DNA from: Rhizaria sp. SCN 62-66
Lineage: Eukaryota
Assembly: GCA_001724265.1 (NCBI GenBank)
Contig: MEDY01000112.1
Coordinates: 54,215-74,214 of the forward strand
Length of the DNA stretch: 20,000 nucleotides
Direction: 5' to 3'
Shown: piece by piece, positions 1 to 10,000 of the stretch
Layout of the letters: the number at the start of each line of letters is the position of its first letter
Numbering within the stretch: the first letter of the stretch is position 1
Notes under the pieces: generated by a model
Seen by the model: the letters and a program-made list of their open reading frames with translations, nothing else
Databases searched by the model: none
What the model was told of the DNA's origin: nothing
Translations under genes and position numbers: made by a program

Positions 1-122
1 TCCTGCTTTCTCTATCCTCTCTTCTCCTCTATCATTGCGCTCCCAGCTGCCACCGTTATGACCAACACTAACATCACACTCTTTTCTACTCTTTTATTTC
101 CTAATTGCCCCTCAATGCGCAG
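1..122 (+). other. 3' part of a spliceosomal intron
   Basis: Polypyrimidine-rich sequence, branch-point-like CTAAY motifs, and a CAG acceptor immediately before the GC-rich coding frame. Confidence 0.7.
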
Positions 123-1088
123 GTGGCCGCGCAGGGCGAGGTCCCCGTGGGCATGCGGGCCCCCAAGTCTGCAGTCGCGGGCCCCGCCGTCACGGGCGAG
201 TTCAACCAGGCCCAGATCGTTGCCGCGCGCCTGCGCAAGATCTGGCCCGGCGGCGACGTCGGTGTCCTCTCTTCTGATGAGGTTTCCGACGGCTCCGAGG
301 ACGCCAACGAGGTTCTGTCGCGCCTCAACAACAAGTACGGCGTGTACGACCGCTACAACATGGCTGTCCACACCAAGAACCGCCGCGACCTCCCCCCCGT
401 GGACGACACCGTGACCGAGTCCGGCCTGCCCCCGGAGGCGGAGGACTACATGGGCGTCTACAAGGCGGCCAACAAGCTCAAGTTCGACGCCCGCGTCGAC
501 AACCCCGAGGCGCTGGAGTCGATGCTCGGCTCGCTCTGGGGCAAGCGCTACCACTACCTCGACAAGGAGCAGCGCGAGGACTCTGCGCGCAACGACAACA
601 CCATCGTCATGCGTGCTACGCCCGCCTCGAACGAGCGCCTGTCGCAGGGCATCTCCACTGACGGCTCCGTCGACAAGTTCGTCGCCATGGCCGACGACAA
701 GGCCGACATCGAGGCCGCCGTCGCTGAGGCCCAGCTCCACGACCTGCCCTCCAACGCACCCCCCGCGCCGTTCAAGCCCTCCACGGTGTGGTACGGCCCC
801 CGCGTTGCCGGTTCCGCGCTCGACGTGACCTCGGCGAAGCTGCCCGCCAACGTCGGCGAGCGCGTGCCCAACGACCCGCCGAAGCCGCCCGTGCCGTCCT
901 TCGTGATCCCTGACTTCCACAACTCGTCCGCGCTGCCCGACAACGAGGCGCCCGTGACGATCATCCAGACGATCCGCGTGACGCCCGAGTCCAAGGGCAA
1001 CGGCATCAAGAAGAGCGAGAAGGTCTTCACCCCCATCATGGCCCAGCCCGTCATCAACCCCAAGCCCGCCTACGTCGTCGGCAACTAA
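123..1088 (+). CDS. Terminal exon of an uncharacterised protein (5' exons lie upstream of the window)
   Basis: Bases 1-122 look like an intron 3' end (CT-rich tract, CTAAC at 68-72, CTAAT at 101-105, CGCAG acceptor ending at 122). An open frame with strong C/G third-position bias follows from 123 to TAA at 1086-1088, then GC content drops. No family recognised. Confidence 0.8.
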   Translation: MAAQGEVPVGMRAPKSAVAGPAVTGEFNQAQIVAARLRKIWPGGDVGVLSSDEVSDGSEDANEVLSRLNNKYGVYDRYNMAVHTKNRRDLPPVDDTVTESGLPPEAEDYMGVYKAANKLKFDARVDNPEALESMLGSLWGKRYHYLDKEQREDSARNDNTIVMRATPASNERLSQGISTDGSVDKFVAMADDKADIEAAVAEAQLHDLPSNAPPAPFKPSTVWYGPRVAGSALDVTSAKLPANVGERVPNDPPKPPVPSFVIPDFHNSSALPDNEAPVTIIQTIRVTPESKGNGIKKSEKVFTPIMAQPVINPKPAYVVGN

Positions 1089-1654
1089 GTTGTGTTCATT
1101 CAATATAACAGAACAGAGCAAACTTTGAGCAATGAGGAGATAGTGGGCAATTGACGGACAACATCGTGTTGCTGCCGGTTGTCTCTTGCTCCGAATCTGT
1201 CAGAGGTTTTCTTTCGTTGCTGCTGTTGACTAGCTGACCGAGAAAAGGGGTGATCGATGAGACATGAGTTGATACTCATGTTTGTTTGACTCTGTCACTC
1301 ACTGCTTTTACGGATATAGGAAGCAGGGAAGGGTGTCAGAGAGTGGAAAGAGGCACTGCATTTGTTTGTCATTGATCGAGGGGAGCACAAGCGAGCTTCT
1401 TGCTCGCTTTGTAAAGCTTTGCTTTTGGTTGGTGCTAGGGTGGTGTTGTGCTTCGCAATTTTTTGTCTGTTGAACATGCCCGGATGATTTGATTTCCTGG
1501 ATGCGTCGTGTTTGTGTTCAATACATCACAATAACAAAATCAATCTATCTCATCTTTTTATTCATAGCTCGTCATATATAGCCCCGTTTGTTGTCTTTAC
1601 TTACTGTTGCAGGCAAAATCCTGTGCGCAGTTCTCGAAAAGTCAAATCATTTTT

Positions 1655-1690
1655 CGACCGACCGACCGACTCTGTGGGGCGGACCGACCG
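1655..1690. repeat. (CGAC)4 tetranucleotide repeat plus GACCGACCG upstream of the Sel1-like gene; possible cis-element
   Basis: CGACCGACCGACCGAC at 1655-1670 and GACCGACCG at 1682-1690; a similar CGACCGACCGACC occurs at 15083-15095 upstream of PDHA1. Confidence 0.5.
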
Positions 1691-1769
1691 GCCGCAGAAG
1701 TTGCAGACGAGCTGGGTGGTGTGCGTCTGTTCCGTTGTTGAGGACATTGATTCGTTTTGTAGCACGAAC

Positions 1770-3845
1770 ATGCATGCCAGTAAAGCGCGTCTGCGCGCTG
1801 CCGTGGATCGCGTGCCGCTCAACCGTGTTGTTCCCCGTATTGTTGAGAAGGTACGTTCCCCTCACCCACACCAGTCTCCAGCCCCTCACCGTTTGCCGCT
1901 TTGCCGCGCATTAAACCCTGCTCTGAGGGTGCTTAAGAACTGTTTTTTATTTGCTCAGATAGAACACATCTATTTATACGCCGCATGTCGGTTTTATCTC
2001 TATACTACGTCCGTTTACCTATGTATTATGAGCCTCAAAATGACCGCGAGCTCACCCACACCGCTTTGACTTTGACTTTCTCTCTCCGCACAGTGGAGCA
2101 CCCAGCTCCTCGAGCGCGCCCGTGCGGGCGACGCCGACGCGATGCTGAGCGTGGCTGAGCTTCAGTTCCAGCCCGAGGGCTGGGGCAAGATCGCCTACAA
2201 CCCGACCGAGGGGGAGCGCTGGGCCGAGCGCTCGAGCCTGTCTGGCAACAAGAACGCCGCGCAGAGTCTGCGCGAGATCCGCCTGACGAAGGAGATTGTG
2301 CAGCAGAAGACTGAGCAGATTCACCGCAAGATCCTTAACGACCGCTTCGCTAGCGACAACATCGAGGAGCCCTTCGTTGGTCCCAAGAAGATCGCTAAGA
2401 GTCTGATGAAGCTCAAGAAGAAGCTCGCCGCTGCCGGCTACACCCCGCGCGACGTCATCTGGCGCGAGGCCGTCGCCAACGCAATGCGGCGCCGCGACCG
2501 GCAGCTGCTGCGCGAGACGTCGGAGCAGTACATGATCGAGTCCAACTCGGACCCGGCCGACTCGTCCATCTACTACGAGACTCCCGTTCTGCAGTTCCCG
2601 CTCAACATGCAAGCCCCCGCGAGCCTGGACGGCATGCAGCGCGCCATGAAGGCCGCGCTCGACGGTCACCTCCAGCACACGGCCTACGACACTGTTCCGC
2701 GCCCGCTTGTGGAGCTCTTCTCCGCCGTCGACGAGGCGCCGCTCGAGAACCACTCGCCGATGGTAGAGCACGACGGCGTCTTCGTCCAGGCGCAGTACAT
2801 GCCTAAGATGTCTGCGGCCGAGATCATGCGCGCCCAGCGCGAGGGTCTGGCACCCGCCGCCGTGGACCCCTCTGCGCAGACAGCCGCGGGCGCGCTCGCG
2901 GGCCCCGTGCTGCTGCCGCCCGCGCCGCTTTCGGCGCCCGCGTTGCCGCTGCCCGCCATCATGGAGCGCTACCCCGCCATCGTCGCCGCCTACGGCGTGC
3001 GCGCGCTCGCCGGCAAGACGCGCGCGCAGCTCGACGAGCTGGCAGACGTGCTCCGCGCGAACAACGACGACGACGACGCGGCGGCCGAGGGCGCCGACGC
3101 CGACGAGACGAGTGGTCTGCGTTTCACGCCGCGCGAGAAGGACCGCATCGCCGAGGCTGAGCGGCTCGAGGAGAAGATCATGGCGCTGCCCGAGGTGCGC
3201 GCCCGGTTTGCGCGCTTCGACGAGCAGACGGGCCGCAGCGCGCTGGGTGACGACGAGGCCCGTTCTCGCCGCGCCGAAGCGCGCGAGGCGATGCGCTGGG
3301 AGATCCTGCGCGCGATGCTCACCGACGATGAGATGCGGTTGGTGCTTACCAAGCCCATTGCCGAGACGGCCGTGTACCTCGAGGCGACGATCGCCGAGGA
3401 GAACGCGCTGGACGAGGACGAGAACTCGACGCTCTTGGACCAGATGGCGCCGCTGGATCACATCGAGCGCGAGTACACGCTGCGCTGGCCCTACGCCGAG
3501 ACGGGCGAGTCGGCGCAGAACGAGTTCCGCAACACGCTTGGCGACTCGGCGGACCGCCACGAGATGGATCTCACGGTGTACGACGAGCGCTTCGCGCCCA
3601 CCGAGGACATCGACGTGATGCAGGGCTCTGTGGCCGACGAGGACGCCTTCGCGGGCGGCATCAACGGCGGCGCGATCGACCCCAACGCCGACGTCATGAC
3701 CCGCGCCTCGATGGCCAGCCGCGCTGGCGCCAACGGCGTCGGCACCCGCGCCGAGTGGCGCAAGCGCGTCGCCTCGGCCGCCAACGAGCGCGCCAACGCG
3801 GCGGTCACCGGCAGCGCCGCCGCGGGCCCCGCAGAGGTCATCTAA
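1770..3845 (+). CDS. Two-exon gene (1770-1850, 2094-3845), about 610 aa, with an N-terminal Sel1-like (TPR-type) repeat and a long uncharacterised acidic/Ala-rich extension
   Basis: ATG at 1770; exon 1 ends AAG|GTACGT at 1850/1851; acceptor ...TCTCTCCGCACAG| at 2093; the phase-0 join is in frame with the 2142-3845 ORF. The spliced N-terminus RVPLNRVVPRIVEK-WSTQLLERARAGDADAMLSVAELQFQPEGWGKIAYNPTEGERWAERSSLSGNKNA fits a Sel1-like pattern (A..GD..A........G.G.......G..W...A...G). Stop is TAA. Confidence 0.8.
1851..2093 (+). other. Spliceosomal intron (243 nt, phase 0)
   Basis: GTACGT donor, AT-richer interior, TTTGAC branch-like motifs, pyrimidine tract and CAG acceptor; removal restores a continuous frame. 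Confidence 0.8.
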
Positions 3846-4431
3846 GTCAGCTGCAGACAGTCGCGCTCACAGACGCGCTCGCGCCAATGCGTATGCGTGC
3901 GTGTGCCCGCACTGCCCGTTTATGTGAACGCGCTGTGAGTGAGAGATTGACCATTCGCAGTGTAGATTTAGTGTTGGTAGTGGTTTAGGTTGTTAGGGTT
4001 GAGCTACATTTTTTACTTAGTACAACGTATAAGATAACAGTAGCACTTCCCTCGAGCACAACGGAGTACATCATCCTACCATGACAGAGCATTGCAGCGC
4101 AGAGTTAGTTCGTTTTATTCCAAACTCAAATGAGACATTCAACAAGCAAAAAACATATCTTACTAATTAAAAGAAACAACAAAAAGAACGTCGTTGCGTT
4201 CAATATAACAATAGACACAAAATATTTATTTGTCATTGCATCACCACACTCTTATGCCGCATTGAACGAAGTACTAGGTCATATAAAGCTCTAGTGTATT
4301 GTTGATCGTGAGAGTTGTAAATATATGGCCATCGAGTTCGTTGGGTGTCATGACCTCAGATGGGCACGTCCGATTTTGTGATTAAGCAGTGAATGGGGTT
4401 CAATCTAGACGAGTCTGCCTGTACAATGCAC

Positions 4432-5907
4432 TCACTTGCCGCGCCAGCCATAGAGGGCCTCCGCGTTGAAGTCATCGTCATCGTCACTGTCGCTGTCGCC
4501 GGCATTTTTGCCGCTGCCCGGCTGCTGCGGCTTCGCTTTCCTGTCCTCCTCCTCCTCAATAGCAGCAGCAGCAGCAGCAGCAGCAGCGGCGGCGGATGCG
4601 GCGGAGGCTGACGCAGACTCGAGCGCACGCTTCGCCCGCCCGCCCGCGGCGGCGACGGCGCCGCGCAGCCTCGCTAGCCCCTGCGCGCGCTCCTCCTCCT
4701 CGCGCGCCTCCTGCGTCGCGCGCGTCGCCGCCACCGTCGCCGCCGCCAGCCCGCTCGGCGCGACTGCAGCCCACACCGCCGGGGCCGGAGCCGGTGCTGA
4801 CGCGGGCGCCGCTGCAGCCACAGCAGAAGGGGCGGAGGCGGGGGGATTCTTGCCGTCGCTGCTCTTGGCGTCGTTGGCGGCAAGGGCGAGGTCGAACGCA
4901 CGCAGGTCGCTGTCCTCATCCTCCTCCTCCTCCGCAGCGGCGGCAGCGGCTGAGTTAGCTCTGGCAGCGGCGGAGCCGGCCATGACGGCGGCGGCGGCGG
5001 CGGTGGCGGCGGCAAGCGCGGCGGCGTGCGCGGCCGCCTCGGCCTCGGCGTCGGCCTCATCGCCCCACAGCGGCCGCAGCTGCGCAGCCCCGGTCTCGGC
5101 GGACTTGCTGCGGTTGTTGCTGCTGCTGCTGCTGCTGCTGTTGGGAGAGGCTGCGGCAGGGTTCTTGGAGTCTCGGCTGTTCTTGCTGCTGTTGTTGGGT
5201 ACGTTTGTGGTATCATCTGTGGCGGCAATCATGACAACATCGCCGTCGGAGTTAAGCCGCCACGTGTTCCCGTCTTCGTCCACCAGCTCCACAATCTCGT
5301 CCTCATTCGAAATGCCGTCGGTGGAAGTACTGTCAGACTGGCCCTGGCTCTGGCTCTGGTTTTGACTCCGGCGCGCGGACTGGCGTGCGGCGCGGCGGCG
5401 TGCGAGTTCATGATCGATGTAATCATCGGGGTCGCCTAACCAGTCGTCAGGAACCTCGATGTCATCGCCGTCCTCGTCGTCGTCGCCGTCGTCATCATTG
5501 GCAGCTGTGGAGCCAGAGCTCGATGTGGCGGAGGTTGCTGTTGCGGGGGAAGCGATATTATCGTCGTCGTCGCTGTCGCTGTCGGCGTAGGCCGCAAAGG
5601 CGGAGATGGGAGCTGCGGGTGCAGACACATGAGCAGGAGCAGCAACAGCAGCCTTTAGAGGTGCAGGTACTGGAGCTGCAGCACGGGCGCTGCTACTAGA
5701 AGCGGACGCAGCGGGCGCGCTTGTTCCGGCGGCAGCTGCCTTCTTCTGCGCAAGCAGCGCCTGCAGCGCGGCGATTTTCTACCTGTGCATGGCGCCCGCG
5801 ACGTGTGCGGGCCAGGCGGCGTCGTCGCGCAGGGCGAGCTTGCACACCACGCACGTCAGCTGGCCCGCGTCTGTGTAGCGCGCGAGCTTGTCCGTCACGC
5901 CGGGCAT
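4432..5907 (-). CDS. ZNF830: ZNF830/CCDC16-like zinc-finger protein, about 491 aa, with an in-frame TAG at codon 43 (5779-5781)
   Basis: Manual translation from ATG 5907 gives MPGVTDKLARYTDAGQLTCVVCKLALRDDAAWPAHVAGAMHR*KIAALQALLAQKK. This matches the ZNF830 N-terminal finger pattern (A.Y...GQL.C..C........W..H..G..H..K...L). The frame continues into ORF 4432..5628 and ends in an acidic tract plus WRGK, like the family's C-terminal acidic-W-R-x-K tail. Stop is TGA. The exact start is uncertain: a CAG just upstream could be an acceptor. Confidence 0.8.
4561..4595. repeat. (AGC)n then (GGC)n trinucleotide tract encoding poly-Ala in the ZNF830-like gene
   Basis: About nine AGC units followed by GGC units, read directly from the sequence. 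Confidence 0.85.
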
Positions 5908-6194
5908 TAGGCTGCGCGGGTACGTTGAGACAACGGGGTAATTGGGGCGCAAGGCGGCGTCTTGTTGGAGTAGATAAGGGCTGTGACAGAGGAATCAAGA
6001 GCATGGGCGTATAACGGTTAGACACGGATGAGTTTGGACAGAACTTGGACCCGACGATTCACGGCATACACAGCTTCTAAAAGAGCATAATAACAATATA
6101 GTATATATTATATCGTGATGAATATGTGATTGTGACGGGTTCTCAAATGACGGATGTATTGTGGTGCTATGTATCGCGTAAGTCTCGAGCGCGC

Positions 6195-6665
6195 TCAGCG
6201 GCGGGCGTCCTCCTCGCCGGCCGGCGTGGTCGAGTACCGGTGGTCGGGCTGCTGGATGGGCTCATATCGCATGCCCTGGTGCTGCGGCGGCGCCAGCGAC
6301 GCGGCGGGCGACGCGCCGTAGGATCGCTGCGTGGGCTGCTGGTACTGCTGCTGCGGCGACAGCGCGGGGGCGGCTGCGGGGGCGGTGTAAGGCTGGCCCG
6401 GCACGTGCGGCGGCGGGGGCTGCGCGGGGTAGCCGGGCGGCACGTAGCCGTCGCGGTACACCGTCACCACGTTTTGCTGCGGGGGGGAAGGACAAGGGCG
6501 TGGAAAGAGAAAGAGTGAGGGGACGGAGAGGGCGGGGCAGCGGCGCGGAGGAGCGGGGTCGGGGTTCGAGAAGAGTCGTACCTTGGGGCGAAGAATCATG
6601 AAGGGGATCGTCACGCCGATGGCGAGGACGAAGAATTTACCAATGTCACTAAGCACACGACTCAT
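6195..6665 (-). CDS. Small protein (about 121 aa), exons 6665-6582 and 6476-6195: N-terminal hydrophobic helix plus Pro/Gln/Tyr-rich tail
   Basis: ATG at 6665 in ACGAACATG context, the same as at the 1770 gene; hydrophobic segment FFVLAIGVTIPFMIL; donor AAG|GTACGA at 6581; pyrimidine-rich 105-nt intron ending CAG at 6477; GC3-biased exon 2; stop TGA. Confidence 0.7.
   Translation of the reverse strand: MSRVLSDIGKFFVLAIGVTIPFMILRPKVRLFSNPDPAPPRRCPALSVPSLFLFPRPCPSPPQQNVVTVYRDGYVPPGYPAQPPPPHVPGQPYTAPAAAPALSPQQQYQQPTQRSYGASPAASLAPPQHQGMRYEPIQQPDHRYSTTPAGEEDARR
6477..6581 (-). other. Spliceosomal intron (105 nt, multiple of 3, stop-free)
   Basis: GTACGA donor, C/T-rich body on the minus strand, CAG acceptor. 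Confidence 0.65.
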
Positions 6666-7023
6666 GTTCGTAGCTGAATGCACAGATATATCACTTGTAT
6701 CACGACAGGTCGAACCATCAGCCTAGCTTGTCACTCCGCCGGTTCGATCCATCGTTCTGCTTCATGCATCGAACCAGTTTGTGGTCAGATCACATCCAAC
6801 TTAAAAACTCATTTAAAACAGTCTCTAAACCAGATCAGAGCTCGAAGTATAATAATAAAGTAACTATTGTATTTAAATGTCGTTTTAAAAGCCGCACGAG
6901 GCCCTCCTCTGATCATTGTCGGATAGCTTCGTTCACACGCGTAAAGCTCGCTGATCGAGCTTGCTAATCGAGTCTCGAGAACACATTGCACAGCTGTCGC
7001 CCTGCCGCCGTCACCCTAGGCCC

Positions 7024-10000
7024 TCACACGTCTGTGTAGAGCGAGCTGGCAAAGGGCAGCCCCCTGCGCACGGCGGCCTCGGCCTGCTCGAACTTGGCCA
7101 TCAGCGCCTCGTTGCCAACCGTGCGCGCGGCGTCGACGAGCTGCAGCAACAGCTCCGCGAGGCGCCGCAGCAGGCGCACGATGGAGCCCGGGTGCGCGTC
7201 AGTCATGTTGCACACGTCGACGAACGCGGCGCCGCGCGCCCACGCGAGCACGGGCGCCGCCATGCCGTGCCGGAAGCCAGCCAGGTAGGCCGGCTTGTCC
7301 ACGCGTTGCCCACACTCGGTTGACAAATCGGCGACGCGCTCGACGATGGCGCGCAGGCGCGCGACGGGCGGCGCCAGCTCGGCGGGCAGCGGGTCGCGGT
7401 CGCTGCTCGAGCGGTCCGTCTCGAACAGGACCGTGAGCAGCGCCGCCACCTGAGCAGGCTCGTACGCCGCGAACGAGTTGTCGAACACAAGCTCCGTCAG
7501 GACCAACTCGTCGACGGCCTCGACGTGCGCGGCGAAGCGACCCAGCACGGTCAGCATCCCGTCGGCCGTGGCGTAGCCCAGGCGCCGCAGCACGCGCAGG
7601 CGCGCCGCGAGCTCGGCCGTGAACACGTCCACCAGCTCGCCACCGCCATCGCTGCTGCTGCTGCTGGCTGAGTCGCCAGATCCCGAAGCCGGGCCAGTGA
7701 GGGCGGCGTGAGCGAGAGGGCTCGACAGCGCGGCCTGCAGCGCCGCCGCGGACCCCGCCGGACCAGAGCTCGGGGCAGTGGAGCTGGAGCTAGAGGAGCC
7801 GGCTGCGAAGCGCGCGCGCTGCTGCGCGGTGATCTGCGTGGTTTGGTTGACGCCGAAGACGCCCGACTGCGCGGCCTCGGTCAGCGCGGCCGCGCGGCGC
7901 AGCGCGTGTGCCAGCGAGCCCGCGGTCGCGGCCGAGACGAGGCCATGCGCGGCCGCCAGCGCGTCCAGCGTGCTCACGGTCACTGCACTGCTGCTGCTGC
8001 TGCTACTGCTCACGGTCACTGAGGTGGCGGCTGTGGGCGCGGGCAGCTGCACGTCTGTCTCACCGGCATTGGCAGCCGCACCGTCATCGGTAGCACGAAC
8101 GCTCATGTTCATGGGGGACTTCTTGGCGTCGTTCTGCTCTGCGTGTGCCTCGGCAGACTCGACACCCGTGGTCCCACAAGCATCAGCATCAGCGGCAGCT
8201 TGTGCATTAGCATCCGCGCTGTCAGCCTCGCGGAAACGCTTCTCCCTCGACGCAACAGCAGCCACAACACTAGCGGTATCACTAGCATCATGCGCACTCG
8301 CATTGACACGCGAGTCAACCGCTGTTGCAGTCGCCGGCGTCTTGCTGAGAGCAGGCACGCGCACAGTCGCAAACGGCTCAGCCAGCCCCTTGCCCTTAGC
8401 CCCGCTCCCGCCCTCAGCCCCAGCCCCGGCCAGTGCGCCGACCAGCGCGCCCCCACTCTGCAGCGTCACTCGGCCGTGTCCAGCAAGCGCGGCGCGGACC
8501 TTGCGCGCGAGCGGGACCTCCCTGGCCGCCGCTACAGCCGCGGCCGCGCGCGCGAGGGCCGCGAGGTTGAACCCGCGCGGGTCGACGCCCATATCATCGA
8601 AGGGCGAGAGCAGCGGCAGGGCGCCGGGCAGCCCCGCGGCGGCGTGCGCGCGGTGCGCCAGCGCCACAGCCTCGAACACAGCGGCCTGTTCGGCGGCGCC
8701 GCGGACGTCCGCGGGCAGCGCCACGCGCACGGCCGAGACCTTGTGCAGCATCGGCAGCGACACGCGGACGACGTCGTAACGCACCGAGGAGGCCTGCGCC
8801 GACTGCGCGCGCGCCTGCAGCTGCGACAGACTCAACCCTGACACCGCCGCATCAGCGTTGGCGATTGCATTAACGGCAGCGCCAGTGTTTGCAGTGGCGT
8901 GGAACGCAGAGGCTGCGAGCCGCTGCAGCCAGCCGGGCTCGACCGGGAGCGGCACTGTCACCGCGGGCGGCGCGGGGCCCGCGTCGAGCTGCTGACTCGA
9001 GGGTGGCGGCGCGACGGTGATCGTACCAGCCACGGGCACAAGCACGTCGACGTCGTAGGTCCAGGGCTCGAAGCGCTTCCAGACGGTCAGCACCACGGCC
9101 CAGCCGAAGTCGCGGCCGGTGTGCGCGAGCAATGTCGCCGCGTCCGCCGCCGACCGCGTGGAAGCCACGTTCGAGCCAGTACCAGCGCTGTTGCCGCGCA
9201 CTGCGCGAGCAGACACAGACGATGTTGCATCATGTTGTGTCGAGGGGACGTCGCCAGAGTTGTCAGTATTGCTGCCGTCCTCCTCCTCATCATCTTCGTC
9301 AACGTCGCTGTCACTGAAGCTGTTTGCGGCGGCGCCAGCGGTGGCGGCGCGGCCGGCCTGCGCGCGCCAGAGCTCAGGCGCCGTGGCCGAGGGCCGCAGC
9401 ATGCGCCACTTGCCGCCCATCACGGCCGCCACCTCCTCGCGCATGCCGCGCCGCCGCCGGTCCCCGCCGCCGCCATTGGCGCCGCCGGTCAAGGCTGCGT
9501 CCTAGCCGAGCGCGAGACCCAGCCCGATGCTGGCGCTGGCGGCCGAGGCCAGGTCGGCCACCGCGGCGGCCGCGGCGTCGGCGTCGGCCGACGCGCCCGC
9601 AGGCACCGCCGCTGCGGCCGCTGCGGCGGCGGCGACGGCGGCGGCGACGGAGAATGCGCGCGGCGGCGCGGGGGGGCCGAAAGAGTCTAGCACTGGCTCT
9701 AGCCCCCAGCCGTCGCAGCCCGCCCAGCCGGCAGCCTCGGCGCGCGCGCGGCGAGACCGCTGCGCCGCCGACAGGACCGTGCGCGGCGGCGCCGACGGGG
9801 GACCGGGCGCGGAAATTAAGCCGCCTGCGCCCGAGACAGCGGTGCCGGCGGACGGTGACAAAAGTGAGCCGCCCGACTGCGGCGCCGCGGCCTCGGCGGC
9901 AGCGGGAGGAGAGCTAGAGCCCGCAGTGACTGCGGTGGGGCTGGGCAGCGGACTGCCCTCGGTCGCAGCAGCGGCGGCGGCGGGCGAGCTGCTCGCGGTA

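Noticed and set aside
3983-4003. Telomere-like TTTAGG/TTAGGG words
   Set aside because: Only one or two imperfect units in a GT-rich 3' flank; not a tandem array.
5779-5781. Pyrrolysine, selenocysteine or A-to-I (UAG to Trp) recoding as the explanation
   Set aside because: Pyrrolysine is not known in eukaryotes and selenocysteine uses UGA. Trp fits poorly at a polar helix position and in a low-complexity linker. Editing remains testable by RNA-seq.
7024-9492. Treating the downstream MTR4 ORF as a separate gene
   Set aside because: It starts at a TTG in mid-KOW domain, in frame with the upstream ORF and 9 nt after its TAG, with no AT-rich intergenic or promoter sequence between them.
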